From Syntrophomonadaceae bacterium (GTDB taxonomy: Bacteria > Bacillota > Dethiobacteria > DTU022): a stretch of DNA of 59,120 bases. Both the position numbers and the translations under genes were made by a program. Where the stretch lies: contig SKPH01000001.1 in the NCBI GenBank assembly GCA_007119615.1, positions 1-59,120 of the forward strand, written 5' to 3'. The notes beneath the pieces were generated by a model, which made no database searches, was not told where the DNA came from, and saw only the letters and a program-made list of their open reading frames with translations. Below are positions 54,677 to 59,120 of the stretch, piece by piece. Position 1 is the stretch's first letter. Each line of letters opens with the position of its first letter.

Positions 54677-55528
54677 GTGGCTATTTCAAAAATCGGCATA
54701 TTAGGAGCCGGGGCAATGGGCAGCGGTATAGCTCAGGTTGCCGCCCAGGCCGGGTACGAGGTTGTCCTTAGTGATACGGAGGAGTCGATCGTTGATCGGG
54801 CTTATTCCAAGATTGCGGCATTTATGGATAAAAGTATTGAAAAAGGCCGGTTAACAGCAGAGCAGAAGGATGAAAGTTTATCTTTAATTAACCGTACTAC
54901 CGGTATCTCTGCTTTTGAAGATGCGGATCTTGTTATTGAAGCAATCATTGAAGATCTTGAACTAAAGAAGAACGCCTTCAGCGAACTGGAGGAAGTTTGT
55001 AAGCCGGAAGCAATCTTTGCTTCCAATACATCTTCCATGTCAATTACCGTGCTGGCAGGCGCAACTAAGAGACCGGAACAATTTGCAGGAATGCATTTTT
55101 TCAACCCACCGGCACTGATGAAATTAGTGGAGATCATCAGGGGTTACTACTCCAGCGACGCGACAATCGGGACGCTGGATGCCGTGGCAAAAAAAATGGG
55201 CAAAGTAACTGTAGAGGTAAAGAAAGATTCTCCCGGTTTTGTAGTTAACCGGATCCTGATCGCCCAGTTTGCTGAAGCGATCCGCCTGTTGGAGGAAGGG
55301 GTTGCCACACCGGAAGATATCGATACGGCGATTAAAACAGGTCTGAATTATCCGATGGGACCTTTTGAACTGCAGGACTTTACCGGAGTGGATATCGCTT
55401 ATTTTGTGATGAATTATTTTTATGACGAATTCAAGGATCCGCGCTGGAATCCGCCGCAGGCGATTAAAGCTCTGATCCGGGCGGGGAGGCTGGGTAAGAA
55501 AAGCGGTGCAGGCTGGTATGACCACTAG
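54677..55528 (+). CDS. 3-hydroxyacyl-CoA dehydrogenase (second Hbd paralogue)
   Basis: GAGAMGSGIAQ, FFNPPALMKLVEI and PMGPFELQDFTGVDI. GTG start after GAAGGGGG. Confidence 0.85.
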   Translation: MAISKIGILGAGAMGSGIAQVAAQAGYEVVLSDTEESIVDRAYSKIAAFMDKSIEKGRLTAEQKDESLSLINRTTGISAFEDADLVIEAIIEDLELKKNAFSELEEVCKPEAIFASNTSSMSITVLAGATKRPEQFAGMHFFNPPALMKLVEIIRGYYSSDATIGTLDAVAKKMGKVTVEVKKDSPGFVVNRILIAQFAEAIRLLEEGVATPEDIDTAIKTGLNYPMGPFELQDFTGVDIAYFVMNYFYDEFKDPRWNPPQAIKALIRAGRLGKKSGAGWYDH

Positions 55529-55587
55529 ATCCGGATTTTATCTGCCGGGGATGATCTTGTTTCACCCGAAGGAGGATTAATATAACG

Positions 55588-56883
55588 ATGGCCTTTGTTG
55601 AACAGAAATGGGAAACAATGCCTCAGGAAAAACTGCAGGAAATTCAACTGGAGAAATTTAAAAAACAGGCCGGGCTTGTTTACGGGAATCCATTTATTAA
55701 AAAGCGCTTCGATGAAGCCGGTATCCATCCGGAAGAGATCACGGACTGGGAAGATATTAAAAAGGTTCCTTTCATCTTCAAAGATGATTTGAGGGAGAAT
55801 TATCCCACCGGACTGATCTCCGGCAACTGGGATGATGTCTATCGTATTCATATGACTTCCGGAACTACCGGGGTGCCGACCCCGATGGTTTACAGTAAAA
55901 ACGATCTCAATACCTGGGCCACATGTATGGCGAGAAACTTTGTTGCCGGGGGGCTGCGAAAAGATGATATAGTCCAACAGTCGCACGGGTTGGGCCTTTT
56001 TACCGGGGGACTCGGTTTTCATTACGGACTGGAGTTGGTCGGCGCCAAGGTTATCCCCACCGGAGCAGGCGGCACTGAGCGGCAGCTGCGGTTGATGCAG
56101 GAATGGGGAACAACCGTCTTTACCGGAACACCTTCCTACGCTGCTTATATGGCCGAATTTGCTCTTGATAACGGAATTGACCCGGTTAAAGATTTAAAGT
56201 TGCGTCTCGGGTTTCACGGTGGAGAACCCTGTTCTGATGAATTAAGGAACAGAATCAATAACCGTCTGGGCTACAGCGCTCATGGAGGAGGAATGAGGCG
56301 CTGCTACGGTCTTACCGAAATGGGCGGTCCGATAGCCATGGACTGTGAGTATGAAAGCGGGATTCATATCTGGGCCGATCATTACCTGGTCGAGGTACTC
56401 GATCCGGAAACGCATGAAAACGTTAAAGAGGGGCAGCCGGGGGAGCTTGTTCTCAGCAACCTCAGTTTTGAAGTAATGCCACTCTTGCGCTACCGTACAG
56501 GTGATAACGTCGTAGTCTCATTTGATACCTGTGAATGCGGCCGTACCCATCCGCGTATCACCAGATTTGTAGGCCGGTTGGATGATATGATTCTGGTCAG
56601 CGGAACGAATGTATTCCCCAGCCAGGTAGAGCTAATACTATTAAAGCATTCCGAACTCAGCGAAAACTGGCAGCTCGTGGTGGGAGAAAATAAGGGATTG
56701 CATACCCTGAAGGTAGAGATTGAACCTGTTGCCGGGGCCCGGGTGGAAAAAGCGTTTGTAACGGCGCTGGAAAAGGAGCTTCATAAGAGCCTCGAAAAAA
56801 AATGCTTCGTTGATATAAAGGCGGTGGGCAGTTTGCCCAGGTTTGAAGGAAAGGCTGTCCGGGTTATTGATCAGCGCACTTAA
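55588..56883 (+). CDS. paaK: phenylacetate-CoA ligase family protein (PaaK / coenzyme F390 synthetase-like)
   Basis: A 431-aa ORF, the short ANL-superfamily form. Motifs: MTSGTTGVPT, YGLTEMGGP, and the C-terminal domain RFVGRLDDMILVSGTNVFPSQVE. Confidence 0.75.
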   Translation: MAFVEQKWETMPQEKLQEIQLEKFKKQAGLVYGNPFIKKRFDEAGIHPEEITDWEDIKKVPFIFKDDLRENYPTGLISGNWDDVYRIHMTSGTTGVPTPMVYSKNDLNTWATCMARNFVAGGLRKDDIVQQSHGLGLFTGGLGFHYGLELVGAKVIPTGAGGTERQLRLMQEWGTTVFTGTPSYAAYMAEFALDNGIDPVKDLKLRLGFHGGEPCSDELRNRINNRLGYSAHGGGMRRCYGLTEMGGPIAMDCEYESGIHIWADHYLVEVLDPETHENVKEGQPGELVLSNLSFEVMPLLRYRTGDNVVVSFDTCECGRTHPRITRFVGRLDDMILVSGTNVFPSQVELILLKHSELSENWQLVVGENKGLHTLKVEIEPVAGARVEKAFVTALEKELHKSLEKKCFVDIKAVGSLPRFEGKAVRVIDQRT

Positions 56884-56979
56884 AATTTGTTTCGAATCTC
56901 CCGGTTATCTTCGATCTGTACGCCGGGGAACGCGGTCGTGATTTCTGCCAACCGCCTTCATGAATACCAGGGTGTTCAA

Positions 56980-57039
56980 CCGAAGGTGTTAGCTCTGTTT
57001 TCACCCTTTATTACTCTCGATTCCATGCTTTTAAGGGAT
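56980..57039 (+). promoter_or_regulatory. copy B of the conserved ~60-nt upstream element
   Basis: CCGAAGGTGTTAGCTCTGTTTTCACCCTTTATTACTCTCGATTCCATGCTTTTAAGGGAT. It lies 186 nt upstream of the ATG at 57226. Confidence 0.8.
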
Positions 57040-57225
57040 ACTCTTACAGGCTGATTTTGATTAAGCTTATAGTAAGCAGAATTGTATGCCCGGCCGATCC
57101 TTATACATTAATCCGGGCTGTGTGGAAAAGGGATTTGATATTGTGTGAAGAACTATTAAACAACTCTTTTTACGATTAATTTAAATGTCGCATTAGGATG
57201 ATTTGTGTTGGAGGAGGATGGGTAA

Positions 57226-57636
57226 ATGGGTTTTGAACAGTTTGGCAGGGTAAGTTTTACTTCTCAGACGAAAGTGGGAAATTTTGTTGAATGCCTGGAA
57301 AAGGAAGGGCTCTTTGCCACAAAATGCCGGGTTTGTGAGCAGTCCTATTTCCCGCCCCGGGCAGATTGTGCCAACTGCCTGAACAGTGATATGGACTGGC
57401 TCAAAGTAGAAGGTACCGGCAAACTGGTCAGCTTTACCAGGGCCTGCTTTGGGCCGACCGGCTTTGAAGAAGATGTTCCCTATGTCCTTGCGGTTGCCGA
57501 TTTCAATACAACAAAGGTGTTCGGCCGGTTTAAATCAGATTTTCCTGAAGATCAATTGAATATCGGGATGGATATCCAGGTTAAAACCATTACATTGCCC
57601 AATGGGCAGATCAGCTATGAATTTGTACCGGCGTAA
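57226..57636 (+). CDS. DUF35 Zn-ribbon/OB-fold protein (BbsA/ChsH-like partner of SCP-x thiolases)
   Basis: Zn-ribbon CRVCEQSYFPPRADCANC followed by an OB-fold-length C-terminus; 136 aa. Confidence 0.75.
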   Translation: MGFEQFGRVSFTSQTKVGNFVECLEKEGLFATKCRVCEQSYFPPRADCANCLNSDMDWLKVEGTGKLVSFTRACFGPTGFEEDVPYVLAVADFNTTKVFGRFKSDFPEDQLNIGMDIQVKTITLPNGQISYEFVPA

Positions 57637-57810
57637 ATGTTTTATTTTAACTTAATATTTATTTTATACCGGGGGAAGGAAATACCGGGATTGAGGGGGT
57701 GTGGAACTTAGAGGAATTGCAAGCCCGGAGATCAATCCGGGAAGAAGAAAATTGATTCTTGAAGCGTGAATTATTTGATTTTATTGCTCTATTCTGGAAG
57801 GAGGATAAGG

Positions 57811-58941
57811 ATGGATTTAAACAAATGGCCCCGCCAGGAAGGCCCGGTCGACCACGACCTTTACGGTGATGAACATTTTGGGACAGAGCCCCCCTGTGTA
57901 ATGTATGAAAAAAAACCGGTTCTCGATCCTGAAGGCAAGGAGGTGGAAGGACTTTATTCAGCATGGGTTATCTTAAATAACCCCAGTCAATATAACTCTT
58001 ACACCACTGAAATGGTGAAGGGTGTAATCGCCGGGATGCATAAGGCAGCCATGGATCGTTCCGTGGTTGCGGTAATTTTTACAGCAGTTGGAGACAGGGC
58101 TTTTTGCACCGGCGGAAATACCAAGGAGTATGCAGAATATTACAGTGGCAATCCTTCAGAGTACGGTTCTTACATGGATCTGTTTAACGGGATGGTTGAT
58201 TCCATCCTGATGTGTAAGAAACCGGTTATCTGCCGCGTAAACGGTATGAGAGTAGCAGGCGGGCAGGAGATCGGTATGGCCTGCGATCTTACAATATCTT
58301 CAGATCTGGCAATTTTCGGCCAGGCCGGTCCCAAACACGGATCCGCTCCCGTAGGTGGTTCAACTGACTTTCTCCCTCTCTACCTGTCGATGGAGCAGGC
58401 CATGTGGAGTTGCATCTCCTGTGAAATGTGGAGCGCATACAAAATGCAACGCGAAGGTCTTATCTCCAAGGCAGTACCGGTCCTCAAAGTTGATGGAAAG
58501 ATCGTGCGCAACCCCCTGATTGTTACCGATAAATATGTTGATAACGGAGAGATAGTTTATGGTGAAACAGTCAAAGGCGAAGCTGCAGCTAAGGCCAAAG
58601 AGATGCTTAAGTCATCTGAAACTGATTTCTCCCTTCTCGATAACGAAATTGACAAAGTTCTCTGGACCCTTGCCAACCTCTTCCCCAATTGCCTGATGAT
58701 GTCCATTGACGGAATTCGCCAGAAGAAGAAGTTTTTCTGGGATCAGGCCAAGTTGCCAAGTCGTCACTGGCTGGCTGCCAATATGCAGACAGAAGCCTAT
58801 CTGGGCTTTAATGCATTTAACACCAAGAAGCTAACCGGAAAAGATACTATTGATTTCATCAAGTACCGCCAGCTTCTTGCCGAAGCCAGGCCTTTCGATC
58901 AGGAACTGATCGATGCCGTTATGGGAGAGCGTATCGAGTAG
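57811..58941 (+). CDS. bamA: 6-oxocyclohex-1-ene-1-carbonyl-CoA hydrolase (ring-cleaving; BamA/Oah)
   Basis: ATG 57811 follows GGAAGGAGG. It is a ~376-aa extended crotonase (FCTGGNTKEY, VNGMRVAGGQEIGMACDL). It carries the peptides QYNSYTT and GQEIGM, which I recall as the conserved sites used for bamA marker-gene primers. Confidence 0.85.
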   Translation: MDLNKWPRQEGPVDHDLYGDEHFGTEPPCVMYEKKPVLDPEGKEVEGLYSAWVILNNPSQYNSYTTEMVKGVIAGMHKAAMDRSVVAVIFTAVGDRAFCTGGNTKEYAEYYSGNPSEYGSYMDLFNGMVDSILMCKKPVICRVNGMRVAGGQEIGMACDLTISSDLAIFGQAGPKHGSAPVGGSTDFLPLYLSMEQAMWSCISCEMWSAYKMQREGLISKAVPVLKVDGKIVRNPLIVTDKYVDNGEIVYGETVKGEAAAKAKEMLKSSETDFSLLDNEIDKVLWTLANLFPNCLMMSIDGIRQKKKFFWDQAKLPSRHWLAANMQTEAYLGFNAFNTKKLTGKDTIDFIKYRQLLAEARPFDQELIDAVMGERIE

Positions 58942-58994
58942 AGAGTCACTGTCTCCTGATTTAAAAAAACAGGTTTCGAAACGGTCGGTGTTTT

Positions 58995-59111
58995 CTGCCT
59001 GGTAGAAATCTATATCCTGTGCATCGGACAGGTGCCGACATTATTAGGATTAAACGGCAGGCTACAGGTTAGATTACCACAGGAAATGCCGACCATAGTT
59101 TCTACCGGCAG
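58995..59111. repeat. long imperfect inverted repeat at the window edge
   Basis: CTGCCTGGTAGAAA(T)CTAT...TCCTGTG (58995 onward) pairs with CACAGGA...ATAGTTTCTACCGGCAG (ending at 59111). Confidence 0.5.
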
Positions 59112-59120
59112 GTCTAATAA

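Noticed and set aside
55525-56022. 165-aa minus-strand ORF, plus 55124-55525 and 54802-55137 on the minus strand
   Set aside because: These are antisense shadows of paaK and hbd2, which have strong motif support on the plus strand.

Overview
This 59.1-kb chromosomal window comes from a strict anaerobe. It is probably a Gram-positive, Peptococcaceae-like bacterium: the class A PBP ends in a PASTA domain, the solute-binding protein is lipoprotein-tethered, GGAGG ribosome-binding sites are strong, and GTG/TTG starts are frequent. Almost all of the window is an anaerobic aromatic-acid catabolic island.

Core of the island: a complete, colinear bamBCDEFGHI cluster (15455-26229) for the class II, ATP-independent, tungsten-dependent benzoyl-CoA reductase. 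Reading the DNA shows that two of its genes are each interrupted by an in-frame TGA that falls exactly where homologues carry a conserved Cys. One is bamE (HdrA-like). The other is bamF (MvhD-like), whose N-terminal exon falls below the ORF-track size cutoff and is therefore not listed. Both TGAs are followed by a hairpin, so both are best read as selenocysteine codons.

Other pathway genes:
- The ring-opening hydrolase bamA/oah (57811-58941).
- A lower-pathway operon of thiolase, hbd, a glutaryl-CoA-dehydrogenase-like ACAD and crotonase (10884-15135).
- A fused 3-hydroxyacyl-CoA dehydrogenase/enoyl-CoA hydratase plus thiolase (30343-33606, minus strand).
- A TRAP transporter, and a soluble GAF histidine kinase with a LuxR-type response regulator.
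- Two AMP-forming CoA ligases, a PaaK-like ligase, and IorAB.
- An operon holding a D-2-hydroxyacid dehydrogenase and a 2-hydroxyacyl-CoA-dehydratase/BcrBC-like pair with no activator ATPase in the window.

The first 10 kb is housekeeping or accessory: a PadR/cupin/split-permease operon, an IS200-like (RAYT-type) Y1 transposase flanked by inverted REP-like repeats, a CopB-type (CPH) P-type ATPase, an MFS transporter and PBP1A.

The most novel-looking signals:
1. A conserved ~60-nt intergenic element, always on the + strand, sits upstream of at least four or five catabolic operons. Two copies are nearly identical.
2. A family-I CoA-transferase is fused to a GNAT domain.
3. The dehydratase/reductase-like module lacks an activator.
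4. BamF appears to carry a C-terminal winged-helix tail.

No rRNA, tRNA or CRISPR array was recognised.
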